Position numbers and translations under genes: made by a program | In this document: positions 24,533 to 37,552 of the stretch, piece by piece | Layout of the letters: every line of letters starts with the position of its first letter | Position numbering within the stretch: position 1 is the first letter of the stretch | Assembly (NCBI RefSeq): GCF_006345805.1 | Contig: NW_021835326.1 | Coordinates: forward strand, 1 to 41,948 | Source: Octopus sinensis | Lineage: Eukaryota | Length of the DNA: 41,948 nucleotides | Direction: 5' to 3' | Notes under the pieces: model-generated | What the model saw: the letters and a program-made list of their open reading frames with translations, nothing else | Database searches by the model: none | What the model was told of the DNA's origin: nothing

Positions 24533-24675
24533 CATCGAAAAATACCTTAAGAATGAGAACCCAGGTTCAAAATTTTCCCCAAGACACCTGGAGAAGGCTG
24601 GTCGGCATATCAGCCAAAACGGTGTTAACAGCATGAGGACAAGTATCCACCAAATCTTGTGGCAAGATTTGAAAC
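24413..24675 (+). mobile_element. SINE family E: tRNA-like head, (AAT)n, and a 3' part with a hammerhead-like fold
   Basis: TAATGGTTAAGAGCGCGGGCTACTAACCCC...GAGTTCGATTCC, then (AAT)n, then unique 3' sequence. Confidence 0.75.
24583..24626 (+). ncRNA. Degenerate hammerhead fold in the SINE E 3' region
   Basis: GACAC-CTGGAGA-A-GGCTG GTCGGCATAT CAGCC-AAAA-C G-GTGTT. Stems I and II pair; there are two core substitutions and a short deletion at the cleavage site. Confidence 0.45.
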
Positions 24676-25802
24676 TAATATCATCAACATTATTATTATT
24701 ATTTATTTATGCATGTCCTTGCATTAACTATTATCATTTCCCAGACAACCATTACGACGAGGAACTACTTCGGTTTTCATTTTCGATCACCACGCTCCTG
24801 GATATCTCCATCTCCAGTTATTTTATACTTGGATAGTTTCCATATCTCTTTCCACAGACATATTATCGTCCAATGAACTTTGCAACGTTGATTAAGAAAT
24901 ATTTCTTTTCACATTGATCATCCCGAATGATATCTGAACGATTTACATAATTCCCTCTCTCTCTCTCTTTGTCTCTTTGTACCAATTGTCATACGCCAAC
25001 AAAATGGTCGCTGTCATACCGTCATTCACGCTTTGTCTCATTTGCATAATGCTGGCATAATTTCCGAGATTTGAATGTTCTACCTATGTCGTATCTAAAT
25101 GTACACTCCATTTCGTTTCGACACTCAACGAGATATGCTACGACTATCTTGCAAAATATCCCCGACTCCTTCTCCGAATTCTCCGACTCCTTTGGCGTAC
25201 ATGTTTCCCATCATCATTTTTTTTGTTTTGTTTCATTTCCACAGCGCTGGCATAATTTCCAAATTTTGAATGCTCCAAGTTTATTATCTCAAAATATATT
25301 CCATTATATATAAGACTGGACACCCAACAACGAGATAAGCTTTGCATATCTAACGATACGATTAAATTTTATAGACTGTTTCATTATTTTCGTAGTTTCT
25401 AGTAGGAAATCTTTACTTCTCTGTTATTATCAAAAGCACTTCGCGGGCAATCCTGAGATTTTTTTTCATTATTTACATTCACTTTATACAATCTGAACAA
25501 GTATTGATAATATGAAGGAGATTTTCATGCCAAAATTTTGTTATGATGTTTTCAATAATTCTGTTTACTAACTGGTTCAAGTCATATTATTGTGGCCAGT
25601 CTGGGGCATCAATATTAAGTGCTTTAATATATCATATCCATCGCAATGTAACTCTTACATTGTAGCAGTCGATTTGCATTTACGGGTAGACTAAGTTATA
25701 TTCGGGTTTTAACGGTATAACATGAGGCAGGAACATGCACTCAGAGAAATATATATATATATTTTTTTTTCTCTCCTTATTTCTGTGTTTTTTCTCTGTG
25801 TA

Positions 25803-25840
25803 TCTTTCTGTTGAAGAGCGTAGGCTCGAAACGTTAAAGA
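25803..25840 (+). ncRNA. Minimal type I hammerhead ribozyme fold, one core substitution
   Basis: TCTTT-CTGTTGA-A-GAGC GTAG GCTC-GAAA-C GT T-AAAGA: perfect 5-bp stem I, 4-bp stem II, palindromic ACGT stem III. Confidence 0.55.
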
Positions 25841-26459
25841 CTTGTTTTATTTATATTTCCTGAGCGCCATACTAATACAATTGTTTGTTTGTATTCCACC
25901 TGCCTTCGTCTTTTGTTTATTTCCGTAAACCTGCCTTCGTCTTTTGTCTATTTTCATAAAGCTTCCCGTTATATATATATATATATATATCCCCAAACAC
26001 ACATACACACATATGACCATCCCCAAATACAATTATTTATATATATACACACATATATATATACATAGATATACATATATATATAGAGATAGATATACGT
26101 ACATAATTACATAGATATACGTACATAAATATATACGTACGTACTTAAATATATACGAGTACCTTGTTACAAAACAAGGTGGGAAAGATGGTATCTAAAT
26201 ACCAAGGGAGGAATACAATGTTACATTACTGAAGCAGAAAAGACTTTGCAAAATGCTACTAAAGGCTTCCAGGTAACCGATAGTCAGGCACCGGGTACTA
26301 ACCATTGTCTGACGATCGGTTTTGTGAAACCCAAAGTAACAGCTTTTTCAGCGTCAATATCTATCTATCTATCTGTCTGTCTATCTAGCTACCTATCTAT
26401 CTCTGTTTCTGTCTGTTTTTCTCTTTCTGTGTATATCTATCTATCTATCTATCTATCTA

Positions 26460-26552
<93 letters not shown>

Positions 26553-26619
26553 GTGTGTGTGTGTGTGTTCATAAATTGTTGTTGTTGTCGGTGATGTACT
26601 TCACCATTATTGTCATCGT

Positions 26620-28030
26620 CATCCATATTTTTTCTTCTTCTTCTTCTTCCCCTCCCCAACGTCCTTCACCTACTTTTTCTCCTCCTGCTTCTTCTTCTCC
26701 TTCTCCTTTTTCTTCTTCTTCTTCTTCTTCTTCTCTTCTTCTTTTTCTTCTTCTTCTTCTTCTTCTTCTTCGTCTTCTTCGTCTTCTTCGTCTTCTTCTT
26801 CTTCTTCTTCTTCGTCTTCTTCTTCTTCTCTTCTTCTTCTTCTTCTTCTTTTCTTCTTCTTCTTCTCTTCTTCTTCTTCTCTTCTTCTTCTTCTTTTCTT
26901 CTTCTTCTTCCCCTCCCAACGTCCTTCACCTACTTTTTCTCCTCCTGCTTCTTCTTCTCCTTCTCCTTTTTCTTCTTCTTCTTCGTCTTCTTTCGTCATC
27001 CTCGCCATCACCGTCGTCTTGAGCATCATCGCCGTCGTCTTCATCGTTACAACTATCATCATCATCGTAACTGTCATCATTATCCTAACTCGTCACTAGG
27101 ATAACTGTCGTCACCGTCATCATCATCCTCACCACCATCATCGTTATCATTATCGTCATCAACATCGTCATCATTGTCGTCATCATCGCCATCTTCATCG
27201 TCATCATCATCATTATCATCGTCATCATTATTATCATCATCGTTATCATTATCGTCATCAACATCGTCATCATGTCGTCATCATCGCCATCTTCATCGTC
27301 ATCATCATCATTATAATCATCAGGGTCAACGTCATCATTGTCATCACCTTCATTGCCATCGTCGTCATCATCATCATCATCATCATCATCATCACCACCA
27401 CCATCATCATCATCATCATTATCATTACCATCGCCGTCATCATTATCATCGTCATCATTATTATCATCATCGTTATCATTATCGTCATCAACATCGTCAT
27501 CATTGTCGTCATCATCGCCATCTTCATCGTCATCATCATCATCATTATCATCACCATCATCATTATCATCACCATCATCATTATCATCACCATCATCATT
27601 ATCATCACCATCATCATTATCATCACCATCATCATTATCATCACCATCATCATTATCATCACCATCATCATTATCACCATCATCATCTCCATCATCATCG
27701 TCATCATAATCATCATCATGACCATCATCATCGTCATCATCATCATCATCATCATTATCATTACCATCGCCGTCATCATTATCATCGTCATCATTATTAT
27801 CATCATCGTTATCATTATCGTCATCAACATCGTCATCATTGTCGTCATCATCGCCATCTTCATCGTCATCATCATCATTATAATCATCAGGGTCAACGTC
27901 ATCATTGTCATCACCTTCATTGCCATCGTCGTCATCATCATCATCATCATCGTTGTCCTCATCATCATTATTATCATCATCATAAACAGCATCATCCCAA
28001 TCAACGTCATTATCATCCTCATCATCGTAA
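26620..28030. repeat. Compound (TTC)n and (CAT)n block with internal block duplications
   Basis: Seen directly; it accounts for the poly-Glu/Arg and poly-His/Met ORFs. Confidence 0.95.
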
Positions 28031-28049
28031 CCACTAGACTAGCAAAAAT

Positions 28050-29330
28050 ATCTAATGAAGTGTTTTGCTGAAAAACACAACGCGTCACCCGGTTCAGGCA
28101 TCGAAACTCCAAATCTTACGATCATGAATCCAACACCCTAACCACAGAGCCGTGCACCTCCAAAAGTAAAGTTACCTTTTCGGCTCGTGCCAAATCTTTT
28201 CATGACGTATAAATTCCCCACCCTGACGGGATGTCGGTCTGTCACAGGATTATTCATAATTGTCAACTGAGTGGACTGGAGCAACATGGAATGAAGGGTT
28301 TTGCTCAAGAACACAACGCGTCACCCGGTCCAGGAATCGAAACCACAATCTAGAAGTCATGAGTGCAACATCCTAACCATTAGCTGAGTGGACTAGAGCA
28401 ACATGAAATGAAGGGTTTTGCTCAAGAATGCAATGCATTGCCCAGTCCAGGAATTGAAACCACAATCTAGAAGTCATGATCAAGAGTCCAACACTCTAAC
28501 CACTAAGCCATGTGTCTCCACCATATCTATATTATACATTACAATATTGCTGAGTATGTCTATAGTCCACATCACTCCATAAGGAGCATAGAGCTGGTTT
28601 CCTGGTTCCTCTGGCGTATATACTCCTCCCTGGATGGGACACCAGTCCTTCGCAGGATTACCCATTTTTGCCAGGTGAGGTGAAATGAAGCAAGGTGAAA
28701 TGAAGTGTCTTGCTCAAGAATACAATGTACCACCCAGTTCAGGAATTAAAACCACAATCTAGAAGTCATGAGTGCAACATCCTAACCTGAGTGGACTGGA
28801 GCAACATGGAATGAAGTGTTTTGCTCAAGAACACAATGCATTGCCCAGTCCAGGAATCGAAACCACAATCTTACAATCAGGAGTCCAACACTCTAACCAC
28901 TAAGCCATGTGTCTCCACAATATCTATATTATACATTACAATATTGTAGAGTATGTCTATAGCCCCCATCACTCCATTAGGAGCATAGAGCTGGTTTCCT
29001 GGTTCCTCTGGGGTATATACACCTACCTGGATAGGACGCCAGTCCATCGCAGGATTACTCACTTTTGCAATCTGAGTGAACTGAAGCAACATGAAATGAA
29101 GTGTTTTGCTGAAGAACACAACATATCACCCAGTCCAGGTATTGAAACCACAATCTAGAAGTCATGAGTGCAAAATCCTAACCATTAGCTGAGTGGACTG
29201 GAGCAACATCGAATAAAGGGTTTTGCTCAAGAACACAACATATCACCCAGTCCAGGTATTGAAACCACAATCTTATGATCATAAGTTCAAGATCCTAACC
29301 ACTTAGCCACGCGCCTCCACTCAAGGACAC
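28050..29330 (-). mobile_element. Tandem array of SINE family C units and sub-units
   Basis: Repeated GAAACCACAATCT.../TTGCTCAAGAACACAA/GAGTGGACTGGAGCAACATG modules. The minus strand reads as a tRNA-like head plus a TGTTCTTGAGCAAAACACTTCA domain. Confidence 0.88.
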
Positions 29331-29654
29331 AATGCATCGCTCCGTTCGGAAATTAAAACTACGATTTTGCGACCGAGAATGTAACACCGTCACCACTTGA
29401 GGGCACGTCGCAAATCCCAAAGTGGGCAGCGATTATACGAGATTGTCTTTATCTGTAATGTCTTTCCGCATAGATTTCCAAGATCAGGATTGGCCTTTGC
29501 TTAATAAACTAAGATAGTGACCATTGTCCACATCAGAGTGATAGACACGGCATTGAAAACTGTCTCATTATGGCTTGGACAATTATTACTTCAGAAATAG
29601 AGACCGGACGGAAACAGTGTTTGAAAAGAGTGTGTGGATGTATGTATATATATT

Positions 29655-29800
29655 CTTTTAGTCTTTTGTCTCTTTCAGTCATTTTGACTGCGGCCATGCT
29701 GGAGCAACGCCTTTAGTCGAACAAATCGACCCCAGGACTTATTCTTTGTAAGCCTAGTAGTTATTCTATCGGTATCTTTTTGCCGAACGGCTAAATTACG
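29655..29800 (-). mobile_element. SINE family A, 3' fragment
   Basis: GACTGCGGCCATGCTGGAGCAACGCCTTTAGTCG...GCCGAACGGCTAAATTAC. Confidence 0.85.
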
Positions 29801-30060
29801 ATCAGGAGTCCAACACTCTAACCACTAAGCCATGTGTCTCCACCATATCTATATCATACATCACAATATTGTAGAGTATGTCTATAGTCCACATCACTCC
29901 ATAAGGAGCATAGAGCTGGTTTCCTGGTTACCCTAGCGTATATACACCTCCCTGGATAGGACGCCAGTTCATGGCAGGATTACTCATTTTTGCCTGCTGA
30001 GTGGACTGGAGCAACATGAAATGAAGTGTTTTGCTCAAGAACACAACACACAGCCTAGTC
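29801..30060 (-). mobile_element. Detached third copy of the SINE C array unit
   Basis: Highly similar to about 28485-28700 and 28877-29110, including the non-head segment. Confidence 0.85.
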
Positions 30061-30324
30061 CTATATATATACACACGACGGGTTTCAGTTTCCATTTACT
30101 AAATATATCCACATGGCTTTGATCGCATGGGGCCATTTTGGCAAGTACATGTTACCACGATCTCTGATTGTTCCATTTCTTATAAGTAATAAAAAATGAA
30201 ATTGTCATTGGACCCTCTTTTGGGAAGTTAGCAGACTGACTCAGTCTGTCTCTCAAGGAATTCCTCTGTCAGTGTTCGTCCAGGTTTTTGCTCTTTTATT
30301 CTATAATTCTATTATTTGTTGTCG

Positions 30325-30536
30325 TAATTTGACTGCGGCCATGCTGGTGCACCGCCTTCAAGGCTTTTTTTCGTCGAAGAAATCGACTCCAGGATTTATT
30401 CTTTGTAAGCCTAATACCTATGCTATCGGGTTCTTTTGCCGAGGCGCTAAGTAACGAGGACGTAAACACACTAACATCGGTTGTCATGCGATGGTAGTGG
30501 GACAAACATGGAAACAAAGACACACACACGCACCCC

Positions 30537-30579
<43 letters not shown>

Positions 30580-30641
30580 GGATATGTATGTATATTATGT
30601 ATTATATATATGTATATATACACTATCAATGTAATATATAT

Positions 30642-30681
<40 letters not shown>

Positions 30682-30750
30682 TATATATATATATATGAGG
30701 GGTTCTTTGGTTGGCTCGTGGCTACAGTAGAAGATACTTGTCCAAGGTGC
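30325..30750 (-). mobile_element. Diverged SINE family A with an expanded (TA)n
   Basis: GACTGCGGCCATGCTGG...ACATCGGTTGTC...AGTAGAAGATACTTGTCCAAGGTGCC. Confidence 0.8.
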
Positions 30751-31039
30751 CAACATCATCATCATTATCATTATCAGCGGCAGTATCAATAGCAGCAGCA
30801 CCACCGTCATCATTATCATCGTTATCATCATCCCCATCATCGTCGTCATCATCATTATCACCACCAGCAGCAACAAAACCATCATCATCATAGGCAAGAT
30901 CGTCCTAATAATCACCCTAGCCTGAATTGTAGACGTCATCATCGTGACCATCACTATCATCCGCATCTTCTTCCATCTTCCTTCCTCTTACGCAATCATG
31001 GTTATCATTATCTTTAATGTAGGAGAGCAAAATTTATGA

Positions 31040-31779
31040 AGAGGGGGAGAAGAAGAATATAGTGATGATGATGATGATGATGATGACGATGAACAAGGAG
31101 GAGGAAAGGAAGAAGAGGAAGGTGAAGAAGAAAATGATGATGATGATGATGATGTTGATGATGATGATGATGATGACAAACACGGAAAAGAGGATGAAAG
31201 GAAGAAGAGAAAGAACAAGATGATGATAAAGGAGAGGAACATGGAGGAGGAGGAGGAGGAGGAGGAGGAGGAGGAGTAGGAAAGAAAGGAGAAGTGGAAG
31301 AAGAAAAAAGGATGATGATGATAATGAAGGAGGAGGACAGGAAGAAGAGACAGAAGGGAGGAGGAAGAGAAAAGATGATGACAACAGGCAGACAAACCAA
31401 AAAGGGGGTGAGAGGGAGGGGTAGGAGGAGAGCAAGAAGGAAAAAATGCTGATGCAGCGGCAAGAAGACGAAGACGAAGAAAGAGAAAGATGAAAGCTGT
31501 TGATGACGACGACGACGACGATGATGATGATGATGGAGGAGGAGGAGGAGGTGAGGAGGAGGAAAAAGGGGTAATGGAACAATAGGAACAACGAATCTCC
31601 TTGATCACACGCACAATGCCTCTACAATCCACAAATATTGACAGCCGTTCCGTTCTTCGGAATGGTATTGACATGATGAAAGCCTGATGACACGTTTACT
31701 GTTATCGTAACGTCTATACCACCACCGTCGTGGTCGTCCGCCTCCTCACCATCGTCGTCATCCTCATCCTCATCATAGA

Positions 31780-31824
<45 letters not shown>

Positions 31825-32642
31825 TATCGTCGTCATTCGTCATCAGCGTCATAGTCGCCACCACCACTACCATCGTTAACACGGTCGGCAACGTGGACGC
31901 CTTTCTTCTTCTTCTTCTTCTTCTTCTTCTTTTCTTTTCCTCTTCCTTCTTCTTCTCCTTCTTATTATTTTCCTTCTTCTTCTTCTTCTTCTTCTTCTTT
32001 TCCTTCTTCTTTTCCTTCTTCTTTTCCTTCTTCTTCTTCTTTTCTTTTCCTTCTTCTTCTCCTACTTCTTCTTCTTCTTCTTCTTCTTTTCCTTCTTCTT
32101 CTTCTTTTCTTCTTCTTCTCTACCTTCTTCTTCTTCTTCTTCTTCTTCTTCTTCTTCTCCTACTTCTTCTTCTACTACTTCTTCTTCTTTTCCCTCTTCT
32201 TCTTCTTTCTTCTTCTTTTCCTTCTTCTTTTCCTCTTCTTTTCCTTCTTTTTCCTTCTCTCCTTCTTCTTTTCCTTTCTTTTTCCTTCTCTTTTCCTTCT
32301 TCTTTACTTCTTCTTCTTCTCTTCTTCTTTTCCTCTTTTTCTTCTTCTTCTTCTCTTCTTCTTTTCCTTCTTCTCTTATTCTTCTTCTTCTCTTTCCTTC
32401 TTCCTACTCTTCTTCTCCGACGTCTTCTTCTTTTCCCCCTTCTTCTTCTTTCTTCTTTTCCCTCTTCTTCTTCTTCTTCTTTTTCCTTCTTCTTCTTCTC
32501 ATAATTATATCATTAATTGCTCGTAGCAGTAGTAGTAGCAGCATTCTTATCATCATCATCACCATCATCATGATCATTATTGTCAACATTATCATCATTA
32601 TCATTATTATTATCATTATTACCATTTTGGGTGGTGGTAGTG

Positions 32643-32681
<39 letters not shown>

Positions 32682-32900
32682 GTTATTATTATTATTGTTA
32701 CTAGTCATAGTTGCAGCAGTAGCATTATTATCATCATCACTATCATTACCATCATCATGATCATTATTGTCAACATTATCATCATCATCATTATTATTAT
32801 TATTATTACCATTTTGGTTGGTGGTGGTGTGGGGCATTATTACTGCTGTTGTTGTTGTTGTTTTTGTTATTATTATTAACTACATTATTCACGGTTCATG
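31040..32900. repeat. Compound (GAT/GAG/GAA)n, (CAT)n, (TTC)n and (ATT)n block
   Basis: Seen directly. Confidence 0.93.
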
Positions 32901-33149
32901 TCATCATTGGCGGATGCAGCAGTGATTGTTGTGCTGGTGGTGGTAGTGGTGAGGCTGTTGCTTGTTTTGTCGTAGTGGTCTCGGTGGTAGTGGAGCGGGG
33001 TAGTGTAGAAGAACATGTAATTGTTTTTTGGAGTTTTTTTTGTGAACTTTATTTATGTATTTATTTGTTACTGTTGTTGTTTTTTCGGTGATGATTGTTT
33101 TGCTGAAACAGTTTGTCCCTTTTTATGACTTGCTACATTTGTTTCCAGC

Positions 33150-33190
33150 ATGAAAGTATATATATATATATTATGGATATATATACATAC

Positions 33191-33229
<39 letters not shown>

Positions 33230-33344
33230 TATAATATTATATAGTATATATATTATATATATATGTATATATAATATATGTATTATATATAGAATATATA
33301 TATGTTATATTTATATAGGTATTATATCTATATATATATATATG

Positions 33345-33390
<46 letters not shown>

Positions 33391-33851
33391 TTATATATAT
33401 GTATATATATATATATATATGCATTATATATTATATGTTATATATATACGTGTATATATGTATATATATAGCATATATAATACATGTACTATATATGCAT
33501 ATATTATATTACATTTACATATATATACATATATATATGCATATACACATATATATATATACACATATACATATATATATATATACATATATATATACAT
33601 ATACACATATATATATACATATATACATATCTATACATATATACATATATATAACATATATATATATATACACATATATATATATCATATAGATAGATAT
33701 ATATATACATAGATACATATACTATATATATGTATATATATACTAGATATATATACATAGATACATATACATATATATGTATATATACATACATACATAT
33801 ATACATATACACAAATATATATATATTATATACATATATTAAATATATACA

Positions 33852-33883
<32 letters not shown>

Positions 33884-33930
33884 CATACATATATATATGC
33901 ATATATACATATACATACATATATATGTAT
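33150..33930. repeat. About 780 bp of degenerate (TA)n/(TACA)n
   Basis: Seen directly. Confidence 0.95.
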
Positions 33931-34439
33931 GGTTCGCTTTTGTATACATATGTACGCATGTCTGTGTGTATGAATGGATGTCTATAACACACACACACAC
34001 GCATGTATGTTTGGACGGGCGGGACGTGTATGTTTATATGCGTGTGCGCATGTCCGTGTGGTGCTGTACAAGCTTATGAAAATGCGTTTATAGGGGTGTG
34101 GGTGGGGTGTAAGAAAGTAATGAAACTCATTGAACGAATCAATCAATGAGTGAATGAATTGGATAAAGGAATGAAAGAAGAAATGAAGGAAGGAAGGAAA
34201 GAAGGAAGAAGGGGAGACAAGCGCGGTAGGAATAATTGGCAAGAAATAGAAAAAAAGAAGCTAAGAATGTTTATTACGTTAGGGTTTTTTTTTGTTTGTT
34301 TTTTTGTTTTGCTATTCCTTAATACAAGTCAATCGGATTTGTTATGCAACTTTCCATGGTTGGTTGGAATTATTGCCGAAGAAAAAGACGAAGAAAGGCA
34401 AAGTGGAAGAAATGAAAAAGAATTATGAAAATTGTAATG

Positions 34440-34719
34440 AAAATTGACGATAATATTATTATCAATAATATCAATAATAATAATAATAATATAATAATAA
34501 TAATAATAATGTTAATAATAATAATAATAATAATGATAATAATAATAATACTAATAATAATGATAATAATAATAATAATAATGTTAATAATGTTAATAAT
34601 AATAATAATAATGATGATAATAATAATAATAATAATAATGACAAGAGTAATATTAAAAATAACAGTAATAAAAATGAAAATGTTTTTAATAATAATTGTA
34701 ATAATGATAATAACAACGC

Positions 34720-34771
<52 letters not shown>

Positions 34772-34990
34772 GTTATAATGATAATAATAACACTATAATA
34801 ATAATAATGATAATATTAACGATCACAAAGCATGGCAATAATGATGATGATATAAAAATACATATTCATCTTGCTGCTTCTGTTTGTGATGATGACGATG
34901 ATGATGATCATCATCATCATGATCCCGAAGACAATGATGACGATGATGATGATGATGATGACGATGTTGACGACGATGATGATGACCGAA
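34440..34990. repeat. (AAT)n and (GAT)n tracts
   Basis: Seen directly. Confidence 0.95.
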
Positions 34991-35479
34991 AGAACGATGG
35001 TACAGGCGCCACACTATCTTTGGCACGACAAGGGATTGTGTTGCTGTTGTTGTTGTTGCTGTTTACGGTGAAGATAGCGATGGAGGTGTTTGGAGGATTG
35101 ATCCTTCATGATGACCATTTTGCTGCTGCTGCTGCTGCTGGTGGGAGGCTGAGGTGAGGGGTAAATTTAGTAGTAGTAGCAGTAGTAGTAATAGTACCGG
35201 TGGTATCAGTAGAAGCACCATTGGTTGCGATGATGATGTTGGTGGTGCTGGTGGATTTGACGATGGTGAATGGTGGCGAATGGTGAGAGAGGGGGGTGGG
35301 GGTGGAATCGATATCAACGAACAGATTACAATAGAATGGAATGTCAGGATACGCTTCAATAGAAAAGGCGTCGCAGAAAGTGTGCAATCCCGCTAAATAT
35401 TTTAATTGTGTTTGCGTCTTTGTTTAGTTGTTTGTTTGCTTTTTTGAAATGGGGGTGGGGTGGGGTGGAAATCAGGGTG

Positions 35480-36172
35480 GCAGGTGGTGGTGGTGGTGGT
35501 GGTGGTGGCTGTGTTGGTGATGACTGTGTTGTTGATGGATGTGGTGGGGATAGTAGTGTTGGTGGTGGTGTCGGTGGCTGTGGTGAATGGCGATAGTGAT
35601 GGTGGTGTTGGCTATGGTGGTGATGGCTATGGTAGTGGCGGTGATAGTAGTGGTGGTGATGGTAATGATGGCTGTGGTAGTGGTGGTGGTGGTGGTGGTA
35701 GCTGTGGTGATGGCGATGGTAGTGATGGTGGTGGTGTTGGTGGCTGTGGTGAATGACGATAGTGATAGTGGTGCCGGCTATGGTGGTGAAGATGGTGATG
35801 GCTGTGGTAGTGGTGGTGATAGTAGTGGTGGTGGTGGTGGTGGTGGTGGTGGTTGTGGTGTTGGTGGCTGTGGTGAATGGCGGTAGTGATGGTGGTGGCT
35901 ATGGTGGTGAATGTACTGATAGTTGTAGCAGTGGTATTGGTGGTGACTGTGTTGAATGGTGGTAGCGATAGTGGTGATGGCTGTGGAGGTGATAGTAATA
36001 GTGTTGGTGGCTGTGGTGAAGGCGATGGTAGTGATGGTGGTGGTGGCTGTGGTGGTGGTGTTTGAGGCTGTGGTGAATGGTGGTAGCGATAGTGGTGGTG
36101 GCTATGGTGGTTATGGTAGTGGTAGCGTCTCTGGTGATGGTGGTGTTGTTAGTTGTGGTGGTGGTGATGGTG
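35480..36172. repeat. (GGT)-rich degenerate minisatellite with a recurring GTTGGTGGCTGTGGTGAATG unit
   Basis: The GGCTGTGGTGAA core recurs at least five times. Confidence 0.9.
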
Positions 36173-36886
36173 GGAGAGTCTCATATGACTTTCATGCATA
36201 TTAGATATACACGTATACCCTTATAAACCGGCACACATACGCTATATACGAACGTGTATACACGAATGACCCTTTCAGATTAATCGTACAGTTAGGCTAA
36301 CATGCACAGATATACACGTCACGAAACTCCATACGATCTGTGCGCATGTGCAAACACCTGTACACCCGAATATGTACTAACACACGACTGAGGAAAAACA
36401 TATCAATAATAATAATGGTTTCAAACTTTAGCAAAAATTGTCCCCAGTACTCACCTGGTACTTATTTATCGCTTGCATGCAAAGTAATGCACAGAATCGG
36501 TTGCATCTTCTTTTGCTACGCATGTTGCCCATTAATGCTCTAACATGAATCCGGCAGAGATGGCGTTTAACATATTTCCGCGATAGCGGGAATACAGCGC
36601 TGCAGGGTTGAGTTCCGTTGATGAACCTCCACAGTTAATGTTCATTTCAAATTTCGGCACAGAGCCAGCAATTCTGGGCAAGAGGTATCTTTATAATAGT
36701 GACCCTAGTATGCAACTGGTACTTAGTTTATCGCGCCGATAGAAATGAAAAGCGGAATCTAAATTCAAAACGGAAAAGCGGACGAAATATCGCTAAGCAT
36801 TTTGCCAGGTGTGCTAACGATTATTCACAATTAAATAAGCTGAAACCGAAAGAAGGAAAATACAGCCTTAATGTTATTGAGTAGAA

Positions 36887-36923
36887 TCTACCTGACGAAC
36901 GACTATATCCGAAACGTTATACT
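36887..36923 (+). ncRNA. Hammerhead-like catalytic core with a decayed stem I
   Basis: CTGACGA (36892-36898)-A-CGA CTATA TCC-GAAA-C GT T. The core is intact, but stem I pairing is poor. Confidence 0.4.
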
Positions 36924-37167
36924 TTTAAAGGCAGGTTTCGTGAGAAGCAAGAATAAATGGAGATAAATTAATTAAGACAGAAAGGAAAAAATCACAGATG
37001 GGTAAGATTCACATCATATAATTATACATATGTATCTATATATATATATTATATATATTATATATGTGGTGTGTGTGTGTGTGTGTGTGTGTGTGCATGC
37101 TTGTCTCCCACCACTGCTTAACAACCGCTTTTGATACAGTTCTATATTTAAGAGAGGTGGAATTACT

Positions 37168-37552
37168 ATTTTACTTGTTTCAGTCATTTAACTGCGGCCA
37201 TGCTGGAGCACCGCCTTTAGTCGAGCAAATCGACCCCAGATCTTATTCTTTGGAAGCCTAGTACTTATTCTATCGGTCTCTTTTTGCCGAACCGCTAGGT
37301 GACGGGGACGTAAACACAGCAGCATCGGTTGTCAGGCAATGCTAGTGGGACAAACACAGACACACAAATACATACACATGCACATATATATATATATATA
37401 TATACATATATACGACAGGCTTCTTTCAGTTTCCGTCTACCAAATCCACTCACAACGCATTGGTCGGCCCGGGGCTATACAGAAGACACTTGCCCAAGAT
37501 GCCACGCAGTGGGACTGAACCCGGAACCATGTGGCTGGTTAGCAAGCTACTT
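37168..37552 (-). mobile_element. SINE family A; its head is split by the 2.24-kb insertion and the remainder lies at 39793-39830
   Basis: The sequence breaks after GTTAGCAAGCTACTT and resumes as GTTAGCAAGCTACTTACCACACAGCCATCCCTGCGCCT at 39793. Confidence 0.92.

Noticed and set aside
31622-31891. Asp-rich 89-aa ORF
   Set aside because: The acidic run is a (CAT)n microsatellite; there are no splice signals or domain evidence.
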